From NCBI RefSeq assembly GCF_036321535.1, contig NC_087447.1:38256001-38320000 (forward strand): 64,000 bases of DNA, given 5' to 3'. Within the stretch, counting starts at the first letter, position 1. Each line of letters starts with the position of its first letter. This stretch comes from Camelus dromedarius (lineage: Eukaryota). Positions 13,960-27,424 of this stretch are shown here, piece after piece. The notes below the pieces were generated by a model, which ran no database searches, was not told the origin of the DNA, and saw nothing but the letters and a program-made list of their open reading frames with translations. Made by a program: the position numbers and the translations under genes.

Positions 13960-16251
13960 TTGTTAAAGGCAGAATAATGGCCCCCATAGATATCCACATC
14001 CTATCTCTGGAGCCTATGAACATGTTGTGTTACATGGCAAGGGGGAATTCTGGAATTAAGGGTAAGGGTTACAAATGGAATTAAGGTTGCTTATCGGCTG
14101 ACTTTAAAATAAGGAGATTATCTATTTTTTGTTTTGTCTTGTTATATTCACTAGTTTGTCTTGTTTTTTAGATGCCACATATAAATGATAACATACAGTA
14201 TTTGTCTTTCTCTGTCTGACCTGTTTCACTAAGCATAATACCCTCCAGGTCCATTCATGTTGTTGCAAATGACAAAATTTCATTCTTTTTTATGGCTGAG
14301 TAGTATTCCATTGTGTGTGTGCGTGTGTGTGTGTGTGGTATGTATATATATACACACCACATATTCTTTATCCATTTGTCTGTTGATGGACACTTAAGTT
14401 GTTTCCATATCTTCACTATTGGAAATAATGCTGCTATTAACATTGAAGTGCATGTTCCTTTTTTTAAGTTGAAGTATAGCTGATTTACTATGTTGTGTTA
14501 ATTTCTGGTGTACAGCAGTGTTCAGTTATTTATATATATATATGTAAATATATACATTCCTTTTCATATTCTTTTTCATTATAGGCTATTATAAGATATT
14601 GAATATAGTTCCCTCTGTTATAGAGTAGGAATTTGTTGTTTATCTATTTTATATATAGTAGTTAGTATACTGAAATCCCCAAATCCCAATTTATCCCTCC
14701 TCATCCCCTTTTCCCTCTGGTAACCATAGTTTGTTTTCTATGTCTGTGAGTCTGTTTCTGTTTTATAAATAAGTTCATTTGTGTTTTTTTTTTCATATTT
14801 CATATATAAGTGATATTATATGGTATTTTTCTTTCTCTTCCTGGCTTACTTCACTTAGTATAACAATCTCCAGGTCCATCCATGTTGCTGATTATCTTAT
14901 TCTTTTTTGTGGCTGAGTAGTATTCCACTGTCTATATATACCACATCTTCTTTATCCAATCATCTGTCAAAGGACATTTAGGTTGCTTCCAAGTTTTGGC
15001 TGTGGTAAATAATGCTTCTTTGAACACTTGGGTGCATGTATCTTTTCAAATTAGAGTTTCCTCTGGATATATGCCCAGGAGGGGGATTGCTGGATCATAT
15101 GGTAAGTCTATTTTTAGTTTTTTAAGGAACCTCTATACTGTTCTCCATAATGGCTGCACCAAACTACATTCCCACCAGCATTGTAAGAGGGTTCCCTTTT
15201 CTCCATACCCTCTCCAGCATTTATCATTTGTAGATTTTTCAATGATGGCGATTCTGACTGGTGTGAGGTGATACCTCATTGTAGTTTTGATTTGCATTTC
15301 TCTGATAATCAGTGATACTGAGCATTTTTTCATGTGCCTGTTGGCCATTTGTATGTCTTCATTGGAGAAATGTTTGTTTAGGTCTTCTGCCTGTTCTTTG
15401 ATTGGCTCGTTTTTGTTGTTGTTGTTGTTGTTATTGAGTTGTATGAGCTATTTGTATATTCTGGGAATTAAGCCTTTGCCAGTCTCTTTGTTCGCAAATA
15501 TCTTCTCACATTCTGTAGGTTGTCTTTTTTGCTTTTTTATAGTTTACTTTGCTATGCAAAAGCTTAATTAGGTCCCACTTGTTTATTTTTGCTTTTATTT
15601 CTATTGCCTTGGTAGAATGACCTAGGAGGACATCAGAGAATGTTTTGCCTGTGTTCTCTTCTAGGAGGTTTATGGTATCTTGTCTTATGTTCAAGTCTTC
15701 AAGCCATTTTGAATTTGTTTTTGTGTATGGTGTGAAGGAGTGTTCTAACTTCATTAATTTACATGTAGCTGTCCAGCCTTCTCAACACCACTTGCAGAAG
15801 AGACTGTCTTTTCTCCATTTTATATAATTTTCTCCTTTGTAGAAGATTAATTAACCATAGGTGTGTGGGTGAGATTATCCTGCATTATTCAGGTGGGCCC
15901 AGTGTAATCATAAGGGTCTTTAAACGCGGAAGAGGGAAGCAGGAGAGTCAGAAGGAAATATGATGATGGAAGTAGAGGTTGGAGTGAGGACTCACCCTGC
16001 CATTGCTGGCTTTGAAGAAAGAAGCTATAAGCCAGGAAATGCAGGGGTCTTTAGAAGCTGGAAAAAGTAAGGAAACAGATTATCCCCTGCAGGCCCTTAG
16101 AAAGGAACCCAGCCCTGCTGACACCTTGATTTTAGCCTAAAGAGACCCATTTTGTTTTTCTGACCTGCATAACTCTAAGGTAATACATTTGCGTTGTTTA
16201 AGCCACCAAGCTTGTAATAATTTGTTACAAAAGCATTAGAAAACTAATACA
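13960..16251 (+). mobile_element. MLT1 LTR split by an L1 insertion (LTR halves ~13960-14122 and 15871-16251)
   Basis: LTR sequence resumes after the duplicated gagattatc (14114-14122, 15871-15879). Confidence 0.8.
14123..15870 (-). mobile_element. Composite 5'-truncated L1 (ORF2 C-terminal part and 3'UTR, plus a second 3'UTR segment)
   Basis: ORF-track peptides [21 protein letters not shown] and TPYTKTNSKW are L1 ORF2p; internal poly-T at ~14459. Confidence 0.92.
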
Positions 16252-17574
16252 ATGGCTGACGGGCAAACACTAGGAGATTATACAAGGAAATTGGGGGCGG
16301 GGGTGGCAATCCATGAGCTTAGCTGTGGGGGACTAAATATCACAGAAGCTGGAGAGGTAAAGCCCAATGTGTCAAGGCTTACAGTAGCTTAGAAGCCATC
16401 TCTCTGGCTCATTGGTTCACTTCTTGGGTAAATTGGAGATGGCCACTCTTTACCCTCCAGGCCTGCAGAGGAAGGACAGCAGGCAATGTGGGCACACATT
16501 CCCAGAGTAAGCCTTTCTCCTTTTCCTAGTCAGTCACCAAATGATCTTGGGAACTAATGGTCTCCACAGCCTGTCTATAGTCCCTGCTGGGGAATCCTGC
16601 AGGCATCCTGACACTTAAACTATCAGAATTCCTTCTTAGACACAGACCCATATGTCCCTGTGAGTACCTGTCTTCCTCCTATAGATTTTTGGAAACTCAG
16701 TGTGTTGTGCTTTCATACTCAGAGCTGAGAGGAAAAAGAAATATCTCATTAAGAACAAGTAAATACCACAAGATGACAGCATTATTAATGATAACAATAG
16801 ATAACATTTGAGTATTCTAAGCACATTTCAAAAATCATTATAGACTTCACTTCTTTTAATCATTATGATCACCATAATTCCATAAAGTACATACTATTAT
16901 TATCTGCATCTTATGGATAAAAAACCCCTAAAATGCAGAGGGATTAAGGAGCCTGCACCAAATCACAGAGTTAGCAAGTGGTAACCCAGTTCAGTCTTAC
17001 TCCAAATCCCATACCCTTGGGTACTTTATCACTGCCTCCCATTGCCTTGAGTACCACACTACTCCAGAACTATCTGCAAATTGGGAAGCTTCAGCTTCCT
17101 GTAGTTCTCCCAACACCAGGGCAGAGATTTTGACTGAAAATCACTTCCAACAATAAAATAATAAACATGGTTCAGAAATCTAACCACATTCTTTCAATCC
17201 TAACTGCCATTCTATACTGGTGCACTAAGTGACATTCCTTTCTTAGGCCCCCAGTCAAATATGTCCATCTCTTACTAGTCTAACTTCCCAACCCCTCTTC
17301 TCGATTTCGTCTCAAACCCCATTTGCCATGATTAATAGAGGAGAAAAGGAAAAAGGAGATAGGATAGAGGAAGAGGGATTGGGCTGGGCAGATAGAAGGG
17401 TAAGAGTCCACGTGAGAATGGGCAGCACTGGTGCCCATGGGTCTAGAAGCTGAAAGCTGGGGTCTTTTAGTTCAGAGTTAAGATTAGCTCCCAGCTCAAG
17501 CAGCCTAACCTATGCCTTCTCTTCCAAGTATGCTTCAACCCCATGCCTGCTTGGGATTCCCAGATCCATCTTAC

Positions 17575-17801
17575 TAGAGGTAAAGGGGCAAGCCACAGGA
17601 GAGAACATGAAGAGAAATGAAGAGAAGAGGCAGAGAGATTCAAAAAAATGCTTCTCCTGTTGTTTTGTATACAATTTCTTGACAACTTCCTCCAAAAAGC
17701 TCCCTGTCTGCTGAAAAGCTCCCCCCACTGCCATACTGTTCCCTTCTTCATGCACTTAAGGATTCCACTCTGTCACTGACCTACATCAGAGCTCCTTCTC
17801 C
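17575..17801 (-). pseudogene. Probable further exon remnant of the same pseudogene
   Basis: ctgttttccccag| ... |gtaaga; translation QSGILKCMKKGTVW...GAFWRKLSRNC has the C-x6-W ... W..C pattern of the CATSPERD/E C-terminal domain. Confidence 0.5.
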
Positions 17802-18798
17802 CTGGGGAAAACAGATTGTCAATCTAAGAGCCCAGGCATTCATTCAGAAAAATCAATGAGCACCAACTCTATGCCAGATAGTGTTCTAGGGTGTCCTGTA
17901 TTTATCACAGTTTCTGTTGAACAGCTTTTTAAGTTGTTTGGGGGATTTATTTTGCCATCCTCTCGCTCCTGGTTCTGTGCACCCACCTGTCCCCCTGCAG
18001 TTCCTTCTATGTTCTGTGACTTTAAGAGACGGGGAGGGAATCTCTGATTTTTATTCCTTTGTTTCTCCTTAGCAGTAGGACGTGATATTTTCGATTTTGG
18101 AAAATATTGAGTTTGATTGAGAGACGAACAAGAAAGATGTTCCCATCAAAATGAATCTCTCAGGAGCAAAGTTTTATGGAAAGGAATCCAGAAAGCCCTT
18201 CCAAAGCAGAATCAACCAGATACTCAGAGCAACCATAACGGTCTAGGTTTTGAAAGAGTCTGAAACACGTGCTTAAACTCTAAAGTTCCTTAAGCCTGGC
18301 CATCCAGATCCTCCAAGTGTATGCTTGATCTTATAAGAACACGGGTCATCATGCTAGGAATATAAAGGTTTCATCTTAGATGCCAACTGTGACTGACTGG
18401 TCATGATTGCCTGGAGATCTGTGTTGAGAAGGACGTGAAACCCTACCTGAGCTCAAGCAGGAAAAGGGTCTGTGATACATCACCCGTGTCTGCCGCATAT
18501 ATTTAAGGGATGAGTGATGGCAAATGTGCTACGATTATATCCCAGCCCTAATGTGAATGATCTTACATGTTTGACAATTGTTTCATACCTGTTCATTTTC
18601 CAATTAGGCAACAAGTTCTAGGGAAGGCCGTGGGATGCGGTAGAAGGAGCACTGGAAGTTGAGCAGAGGAGCTTTTCTTTCTCTTCTGAAAAGTAGCTGG
18701 TAGGATGGAATGAACACAGGAGTCCAGAATCAGGGAGACAAGGCTTTGGAGCGGGGCACCCCATTCTTCCCCAGGTTGTTTGATCCTGCATATGTCAT

Positions 18799-19436
18799 AA
18801 TTGATTCTTATTTTTTCATGGTAGTTATGTTCTGTGAGGTCTCTGTAAACACTGAACTAGCAAATACTGAACTACTACTCATAGGGAAATACAGGGTTAG
18901 GTTCCTGCCAGCCTCCAGTCACATTTTCATCAACCAATCAACACATAACCTTTTTTTATAAGTGTTTCTGTTTAAAGACACCGTATTTAATATATATTAT
19001 TGACTCATTAACATTAAACTCACAGCCAACAGCACTAAAACTCATCCCTGAACAAAGCTTATCTAACACATATTTTCTCTGTAAGGCACATCACAGCTTC
19101 TTGCACTTAGGAACACTAGAAAGCACTTCAACATTATGATTAGAGGCCATTTTAAATGGCAAAATCACAAACAGTACAAAAAATGTGAAAAATGTGCACT
19201 AAATGAACTGCAAAAAGGAAACCTGTTTACAGTATAAGAGCTGAAACAAGACGGGAGAGCGTTGCCTTGTCGCCTCAGCTAGGAACGTGCATGTTGGACA
19301 ACTCAGTTTTTTCACTGCTCTGCACTGCCTATGAATGACTAAAGTGCTAAGAGTATTGATTTGGAGTTACAAGTACATTGCAGTGAGTAGGCAAATCTGC
19401 AAATGTGGACCCCATAAATAATGAGAATGGGCCGTA
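18799..19436. mobile_element. MER82-like TcMar-Tigger DNA transposon
   Basis: ggtagttatgttct...aacactgaactagcaaatactgaac start and ...aataatgagaat end (decayed inverted termini). Confidence 0.75.
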
Positions 19437-19673
19437 CTTACCTTCTGTGAACCCGAGTGCTGATTAAGTGAGAGAAGATATGTAAAATGCGTCACATGAT
19501 TCCAGTTAGTTCTTTATTCAAAATATTTGCATTTTCTCTATTATACTTTGCCATGCTCAATTCTGAGAGATAAGGAGATACCAAGAGATTTCCTGCCAAA
19601 TGTGCCATCTTTATCCCCAGAGCATAATTCAGTAACTACTCATACAAGCTCAAGTAGAAAAGGAGGTATTTTG

Positions 19674-19722
19674 ATGGAAGCAATCTAAGTACCCAACAAC
19701 AGATCAAGGATAAAGAAGGTGT

Positions 19723-19797
<75 letters not shown>

Positions 19798-20227
19798 ATT
19801 ACTCAACCATAAAACAGAATGAAACTCTGCCATTTACAACAATGTGGATGGACCTAGAAGCTACTATGCTTAGTGAAATAAGTCAAACAGAGAAAGAAAA
19901 ATACTCTATGTTGTCACTTATATGTGGAATCTAAAAAATAAAATGAATGAAACAAAAGAAGCTGACTCACAGATATAGAGAACAAACTAATGGTTACAAG
20001 TGAGAAGAGGGAAGTGGGCAAGATAGGGGTAGGGGAATAAGAGATACAAACGGCTATGCATAAAATAAATAAGCAACAAGGATATATTGTACAGCACAGG
20101 GAAATATAGCCATTATTTTGCAAAAACTTTAAGTGAAGTATAATGTATAAAAATATTGAATCACTACGTTGTATGCCTGAAACTAATATAATGTTGTAAA
20201 TAAACTATACTTCAATTTAAAAAAAAA
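19674..20227 (+). mobile_element. L1 3' end with internal (TA)n expansion
   Basis: L1 3'UTR motifs and poly-A; flanking repeat aggtattttga. Confidence 0.88.
19724..19794. repeat. (TA)n microsatellite
   Basis: About 35 TA units. Confidence 0.97.
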
Positions 20228-21284
20228 GAACAGAAGGTATTTTGAACTGATACAAAAGGTACTTTCTGGGGGCATAAAGTGCAGGGATCAGCACACCCAG
20301 GACATTTTGGGCTGCGACTGAAACAGGAAGATTAGATGTAGTCCCATCTCTCATGTGGTTGCATCATCTGCCATCTCTGCTTCTCTCTAAGTGTCTGCTA
20401 GCCTTTTCTGCTTCTCTCAGCAGACAGGTTTCCTCTGGTTTTTCTGGCTCGTGTATGGTTCTGGCTCCCACCAACCTGGTTCCAGCCTGACTCTACGTGG
20501 CTGGTGCACACTTGTAACCTTTGCCTGTCAAGCACCATCCTCTTGCTTCTGCTAACAGAGGAGCTGACTGTACCTCGCACTCCAGGGTTGGCCCATGACC
20601 CACTCCTGGCCATTGGCTCTCTTTCCTCAGAATGTGATGCTTTCTTAGCTCTGTTCTATCACTTCTGTCATTACTCTGTATATCTTTTTGCTGCCTGGTG
20701 GTTTTTGTTTGCTCAGAGCTCTTGTTTATTCATAGTTTCTGCTTACTCATGAGGTCTGAATACTGCCTTCTCTTCATGTCTTTCAGCTTCTGCTCTCACT
20801 GATAATGATGATGATGATGATTTTGTCTCTCCAGTTCTGATTCCTAAAAGAAAAAAAATTGGCACAGTTAATTGCCATTTATTTGAGCAAAACTTTCATG
20901 CCAGGATGTCCTATAGGCTATGTTCCAGACTATTGATCACCTGTTCCCACGTAAGTGCCTGCAATTGTCCAATAAGCTGTGCAGGGTTGTAGGGGTAGGA
21001 AGAGTGCATATGGTATTAAATGTGGTCACCTATGTTTAAAGATTTGTATCAAGCTGGTTATCCAGACACTTTTTTATCTTTTTCTATCACCCTAAGTCCA
21101 GTCTATGAAGAAATCCTATCAGCTCTACTTTCAAAATACATTTAGAATGTTCACTTCTCACCATTCCTACTGCTACCACTCTGCTCCAAGCCACAATACC
21201 TCTCACTTGCATTATTTCAGTAGCCTGCTACAAGGTCACTTATTTACATGCATAAGCTATTCCAAACATAGTGACCAGAGTTAT

Positions 21285-21317
21285 TCTTTTTTTTTTTTTA
21301 AGTTCTCAATGCAGTAT

Positions 21318-21348
<31 letters not shown>

Positions 21349-21435
21349 TTTTATTATTATTTTTTAATGGAGGTACTGGGGATTGAACCAGCATGCTAAA
21401 CATGTGCTCTACCACTGAGCTATACCTTCTCCCTC
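21285..21435 (-). mobile_element. tRNA-derived SINE (Vic-1-like) with (TTTA)n tail, inside an L2
   Basis: ggaggtactggggattgaacc...ctctaccactgagctatacc. Confidence 0.85.
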
Positions 21436-21626
21436 GAGAGTGATTCTTTTAACACCTAAATCAGTTCATATCATCCCTTTGCTTCACATACTGCAGTGGC
21501 TCCCCATTTTACTTAGAGCCAGAGCCAAAAACCTAGACCCCATTATATTGTGACCTCATCTCCATCACTTTCCCCATTGCTTACTCCATGTCAGCCACAC
21601 CTGCCTCCTTCCTTTTTTTGTACTTC

Positions 21627-22265
21627 TATTTTTTTTTATTGAAGTATAGTCAGTTTACAATGTTGTGTTAGTTTCTGGTGTACAGCACAGTGATTCAGTT
21701 ATACATAAATACATATATATCCCTTTTCATGTTCTTTTTCATTATAGGCTATTACAAAATATTGAATACAGTTCCCTGTGCTGTACAATAGGACCTTGTT
21801 GTTTATCTATTTTATACATAGTAGTTAGTATCTACAAATCCTGAGCTTCCAATTTATCCTTCCACCTCCCCTTTCTCCCCTGGTAACCACAAGTTTGTTT
21901 TCTATGTCTGTGAGTCTGTTTCTGTTTTAAAAATAAGTTCATTGTGTCATTTTTTTAGATTTCATATATAAGAGATATCATATGGTATTTTTCTTTCTCT
22001 TTCTGGCTTACTTTACTTGGTATGACAATCTCCAGGTCCATCCATGTTGCTGATTATTTTATTCTTTTTTGTGGCTGAGTAGTATTCCATTGTATAAATA
22101 TACCACAACTTCTTTATCCAATCATCTTTCAATGGACATTTAAGTTCCTTCCATGTCTTGGATATTGTAAATACTGCTGCTTTGAACATTGGGGTGTATG
22201 TATCATTTTGAATTAGTTTCCTCCAGATATACGCCCAGGATTGGGATTGCTGGATTATATGGTAT
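21627..22265 (-). mobile_element. L1 3' end inserted in an L2 (~21090-22720)
   Basis: Poly-T followed by attgaagtatagtcagtttacaatgttg; L2 tail aaatatttgctgaattgaattgaa at ~22700. Confidence 0.85.
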
Positions 22266-22809
22266 TTACTTTTCCTCTGATATTCCAGGCATGTTCCCAC
22301 CATAGGGCATTTGCTCTAACTGCCCAATCTGTCTGAAGCATAGTTTCTACAGTTACTGGCTTGACTAACTCCTTTAGATCTTTACTCAGATCTCACCTCC
22401 TCCACAAGGCCTGCCTGACCAACCTATTCAATACTTAAATGGTAGTAATAAATGCAGTACAGTTAAGTTCTACAGTAGTTAATACCAGAATTCCCCAAAT
22501 ATCCATTCCTTCTTACACTGCAGTACTTTTTGTTCCTGCACTTTTTACTTTCTAACATACTATATAAATTATACTTATTAGTTATTGCCTGTCTCCTCCT
22601 GCTAGGATTTAAGCCCCACAAAGACAGAGATCTTTGTCTATTTTGCTCCCTGATGTATACTAAGGATTTAGAACAGTGCCTGGCCCAAGCACTCCATAAA
22701 TATTTGCTGAATTGAATTGAATTCCCTGGTAGGGAGCTATAAACATGGCAGGTACACTAACGTTTTTCTATGCAACATAAAATATTTCTTTCAGTGAAAT
22801 TTATAGTCC

Positions 22810-24552
22810 TAAGTATACATATTAGAAAAGAGAAAAAGTCTGTGATCAATAATCTAAGCTCCTATTCAAATATCTAGAAAAAGAGCAAAATAAACCCAAA
22901 GCAAAAGGAAGGAAACAACAAAGATAAGAGTGGAAATCAATGAATTTGAAAAGAATACTATGAAAAGCTCTACACACATAAATTTAACAACTTAAATGAA
23001 ATGGACCAATTCCTTGAAAAACACAAACTAACACAGCTCACCCATTATGAAGTAGATCATTTGAATAGTACTATTCAAGGAAATAGAACTATTTGAGAAA
23101 GTCACTCCTTACCTATCAGAATGGCTAAAACAAAAAGTAATATCAAATGCTGGTGAGGATGTGGAGAAACCAGACCACTCATACATTGTGGGTGGGAATA
23201 TAAATTGGGACAGCCACTTTGGAAAACAGTTTAATAGTTTCTTTAAAAATTAAACATGCAACAATCATATAACCTACAATTATACTCCTGGATGTTTATA
23301 CTAGAGAAATGTTATGTTAACACAAAAATCTGTATATGAATGTTTATAGTAGTTTTATTTGCAATACCCAAAATCTGGAAACCACCCTGATGTACTTCAG
23401 TGTGTGAATGATTAAACAAAGTGTGTATATCCACTCCATGAATATTCAATAATAAAAAAACCACATTTTAATTGAAAAATTGTGCTCTACACTGGAAATT
23501 AACACAACATTGTAAAATGACTATAACTCAATAAAAAATGATTTTAAAAAACACATTTATTGATACATGGGAAATCTAGATCAATCTCCAGAGAATGATG
23601 CTGAGTGAGAAAAGTCAAAAAATACACATTGTATGATTCTGTTTGTAAAGCATTCCTGAAATGGCAAAATTATAGAAATGGAAAGCAAAGGGATGGCTGC
23701 CATGGGTAACAGCCTGGCCTGGGGTGAGAAGAATGGCAGGGAGGTAAGTATAGTTATAAAAGGGCAACATAGGGATCCTTGTGGTGATGAAAATGTTCTG
23801 TATCAATACCAATATTCTGGTTGTGATACCATATTATAGTTTTGCAAGATGATAACAGTAAGGCAAACTGGGTGTGTTAGTCAAGGTTCTCCTGAAAAAC
23901 AGAACCAATAGGAGATACAGATATGGATATAGATTATATATCTGGATATAGACACAGACACAGAAATAGTCATAGACAAAGATATATATATGTGTATATA
24001 TATATATATGTAAAAAGAGATTTATTATAGGGATTGGTTCAAATGGTTATGGAAACTGAAAGTCCCATGATCTGCTGTCTGCAAATCAGAGAACCAGGAA
24101 GCCCAGTGGTATAATTCAGCCCAGGTATTAAGCCTGAGAACCAGGAAGGTCAGTAGTGTGAGTCCAAGACCAAAGGCCTGAGAACCAGGAGCACTGAGGT
24201 CCAAGGGCAGGAGAAGATGGATGTCCCAGCTCAAGCAAAGTAAGCAAATTAATTCTTCCTCCACCTTTTCGTTCTACTCAGGCCCTCAACAGATTGGATG
24301 ATGCCCACCTGCATTGGTGAGGATAATCTTCTTTACACTCAACTAATTCAAATGTTAATCTCTTCTGGAAGCACCCTCACAGACACACCCAGAAATAGTA
24401 TTTTACCAGCTATCTGGCATCCCTTAGCCCAGTCAAACTGTCATATAAAATTAACCATCACTTTGGGTAATGGGCACAAAGGATCTTTCTGTGTTATTTC
24501 TTACAACTACTTGTGAATTTACAGTCATCTGGAAATAAAAGTTTCAATTAAA
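22810..24552 (+). mobile_element. Old L1 fragments with nested MLT2 LTR and a tiny young L1 tail (~23475-23550)
   Basis: L1 ORF2/3'UTR motifs (gaaatggaccaattccttgaaa; aaatgctggtgaggatgtggagaaac). Confidence 0.8.
23872..24462. mobile_element. MLT2 (ERVL) solo LTR
   Basis: tgtgttagtcaaggttctcc...acagaaccaatagga start and aaaattaaccatcac end. Confidence 0.88.
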
Positions 24553-25007
24553 CATATCTATGTTAAGATACTATGGGCTACATTTAGTAATAGCTATTTG
24601 GAGAGTGGCAAGAGAAGATAAACACTTTATTAAACTCAATCGTCAATTGTAAAACTGCAACTTGTTTTAGAAATATTAAATGTGGACTAAAGGTACCTCT
24701 TAGAAACTAGGAAATATATTAAGTGTGCATGTTTATTTGTATAATTATACACTTCAGACATAGGAAACCATTTGGGAGAAGAGACACCAAAGTAACAGTG
24801 GTCACCTCTAAATGGTAGGATTATGGCATTCTCTCTCTCTCTCTTTTTCAGCTTATCTGCATTTTCTCATTTTCTACAATGAACACATTACTTGTGCAAC
24901 TTTCAAAGCACAGCATATTCTTACGACATTATTCAGACCAACCCTTAATCTAATGCTGGAAAACCTGTAACCAATTTCCAAATAATTAGTTATTTCAGTC
25001 TACTCAC

Positions 25008-25202
25008 ATCATAGAAATCAATATCTCCCAAAGCAGCCCAGACAGCTGTAATTATTGGAAATGAGAGCTATTGAAAGAAAAGGTCTGTACTGCCTGTGCC
25101 TTCAGAGGGCTTAAGGACATGGATTTGGTCCCAGCACATATCAATTAACTTGGCTTATTCATAGACGAAAATGGTTCACAAGGGCCAGGCACTACTCAAA
25201 CA
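25008..25202 (-). pseudogene. Probable further exon remnant of the same pseudogene (195 nt)
   Basis: Pyrimidine-rich tract ...tgtctcttgtggacag| and donor |gtgagta; all frames contain stops; one frame has GLLWEI (cf. family FIVWEI). Confidence 0.45.
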
Positions 25203-27389
25203 CTGTCCACAAGAGACACAAACACGTGAAAGCAAACAGGCAGTGCAAATCCATCTCTGCTAAGCACCCCTTCTCACACTGGGCAATTCCTCATTTCCTC
25301 AAATGGCCAGCAGGAAACATAAATAGATTTTAAAATAGTTGTTAACAATCAGTAGTCAGAAACTGAGGAGTAAAAAAGCAATCTCATTTGCAACCAAGAT
25401 CCCAAATCTCCATTAAATACTTAATGTCAGCCTAAAGAACTATAAAGAAACTTACAAAACCTTAATAACACATTGAAAGGAAATCAGACTGGATGGAGAG
25501 CTATCCCTGCTCACAAGTGGAAAGACCAAACAAATGATATGGTAGCACTTCCCATTCACAGATTTAATGTAATGCTAATTAATGGGGCATAAAGAGTTTT
25601 ACAAAATAGAACTTGACAAAATAATTGTAAAATACACCTGAAAAGAAACACACAAAAATGTCTGTTCTGGGAGGAGAAAAGATAATGCTGCAGAACTTCT
25701 CTTTCCTGAATTTAAAAACGTGATGTCATATGGCAGTGGTGATCAAAACCCTTGGGCAGTTAAGTTCCCCATTGAATGGGCTGCTTTGAGTCAGCAAGGT
25801 GAAGAGGTGAGGGAAGAGGCCTGTTCTAAAGACCAGTCAGAGGCAATAGGTGTCTTGGGAGGGCTTTTTTGTTTCCAAGACACAGGGACTTCCTTAAAGG
25901 CAGTTGATGTAAAACAGGACTTATTTTTAAGGCTATAACAAGCAATTTTGCCTCATCTAAGGATGGAAACAACTAATGGCTGGAGCTCATTGCACTAAAA
26001 CTATGAACCAAGGCAACTCTCTCCATATCTCAAGAACCCTTCCTGACGCCCCTCCAAGGTCTGAGCACTAGTTGAGTGACACCTCACCCCACCTCCTGTC
26101 TGCCTTACAGTCTCAGTCCCTGAAGCAGTGGCAGCCCTGGAGGATGTTCAAAACACCTCCTCACTTTTGCTCCCAGTCTGAGACATAGTAGCTGCTTCCT
26201 GAAATAAAAACTTCTGATTTTCTTAGTTTCCCTACCCCTCTCTCTTTTTTTTAAAATCCTTTCTGTTTAACACATCTACAGTGGTTTCTATTTTCCTGAT
26301 TGGACCCTGATTACCATATTACCAGTTCCAAGGCTGACCTTAGTTTGGTTTTTTTGAGCCGGAGTGCACAAGTCACAAGCTGTTTCTTTTGTGAGCAGGT
26401 ATCCAACTCTGGTCCAAAAAACCATGTCCAGGGCATGGGTATTTTGAGCCGATGGTCTGTCACCCTAAACTTTCTGGTGCAGCTGAGAATAGGACAGCCC
26501 AGAAGCTTGTGGAGATGTGTGCGAGTGGGGAGTTTGGGGGTGAGGAAGGTTGACAATTGAGGAAGGACTACAAAGAGATTTGAGTAGAGTTACACAAACA
26601 CACAAAAAGTAAAGTCTGAAATCAGAAATCTAGGAAGAAATCAGTAACAGGTAGTCACTATGGGAACCAACCAGGTTGAAAGCTAAAGGCAGATACGGGA
26701 GTCACAGGGAGTGGATTTCAGGAACAGGACTGAGACAGACTAGGGCAGAAGTGGGCAAATGCCCACTAGGACAGAGATGTGCTTACAGAGAGGGCTGAAC
26801 AGTGTCAAGTATTGTCACATAAAGGAATTTGGAAGCCATTGTCATTTATCTGATTTTGCCCCTATCTGACATATTCCCTAACCTGCCCCTTCTTTTTCTT
26901 TTTCTTTTCTTAACAAATGTCTTTTATTTTACAATTAATATTCTTTCTTCATTTTATTTGCAGAATTTTTCCTCTTTAAAGTATTGAAGTGATATGTGTT
27001 CATTGTAATGTAATATATATTAGAATTTATACATAAATGACAAGAAAAATACAAAGTTCATCTGTAATCCAACCATCCAAGGTTAACCTTCCAGACCGTT
27101 TTTATGTCTCTGAATTCATATGCATATACTTATGTTCATATGCATAAATTTTAAAACCAAAATTACTTCACTTCTTAAGGGCACATAAGAGGAAAGAGTC
27201 TTATAATACTGGATTTTTTTTAAAGTAGATTAGTGATCAAATCAGAAATATCAGAAATAAATTCAAATCTACGCAATAAGTTGATACATAAAAATTTGGT
27301 AAAATAGGCAAAAAATAAATGAATCTCTGTTAAACAATATAGGGGAAATTAGATATCATTTTTAAAAATCTAAATATATGACCATACGT

Positions 27390-27424
27390 TACACTTAATT
27401 TTAGCCAAAAGGCCAAGAAGCAAT
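27390..27424 (-). pseudogene. 3'-truncated U2 snRNA pseudogene (U2 nt 1-35)
   Basis: Minus strand ATTGCTTCTTGGCCTTTTGGCTAAAATTAAGTGTA is 31/35 identical to the U2 5' end; flanked by direct repeat atatatgaccatac (27374-27387, 27425-27438). Confidence 0.95.

Noticed and set aside
13620..14084. 154-aa plus-strand ORF
   Set aside because: It has a GTG start, its 3' part runs into an MLT1 LTR, and it resembles no protein I recognise. Splice signals here favour the minus strand.
14255..15827. Several ORFs with protein-like sequence
   Set aside because: Broken L1 ORF2/3'UTR fragments and their antisense frames.
19636..19934. Poly-(IY) ORFs
   Set aside because: Translation of a (TA)n microsatellite inside an L1 3'UTR.
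25790..25812. agcaaggtgaag could encode SKVK of the human long-isoform N-terminus MQLSKVK
   Set aside because: There is no in-frame ATG-CAG, and the nearby donor is out of phase with exon 2; likely coincidence.
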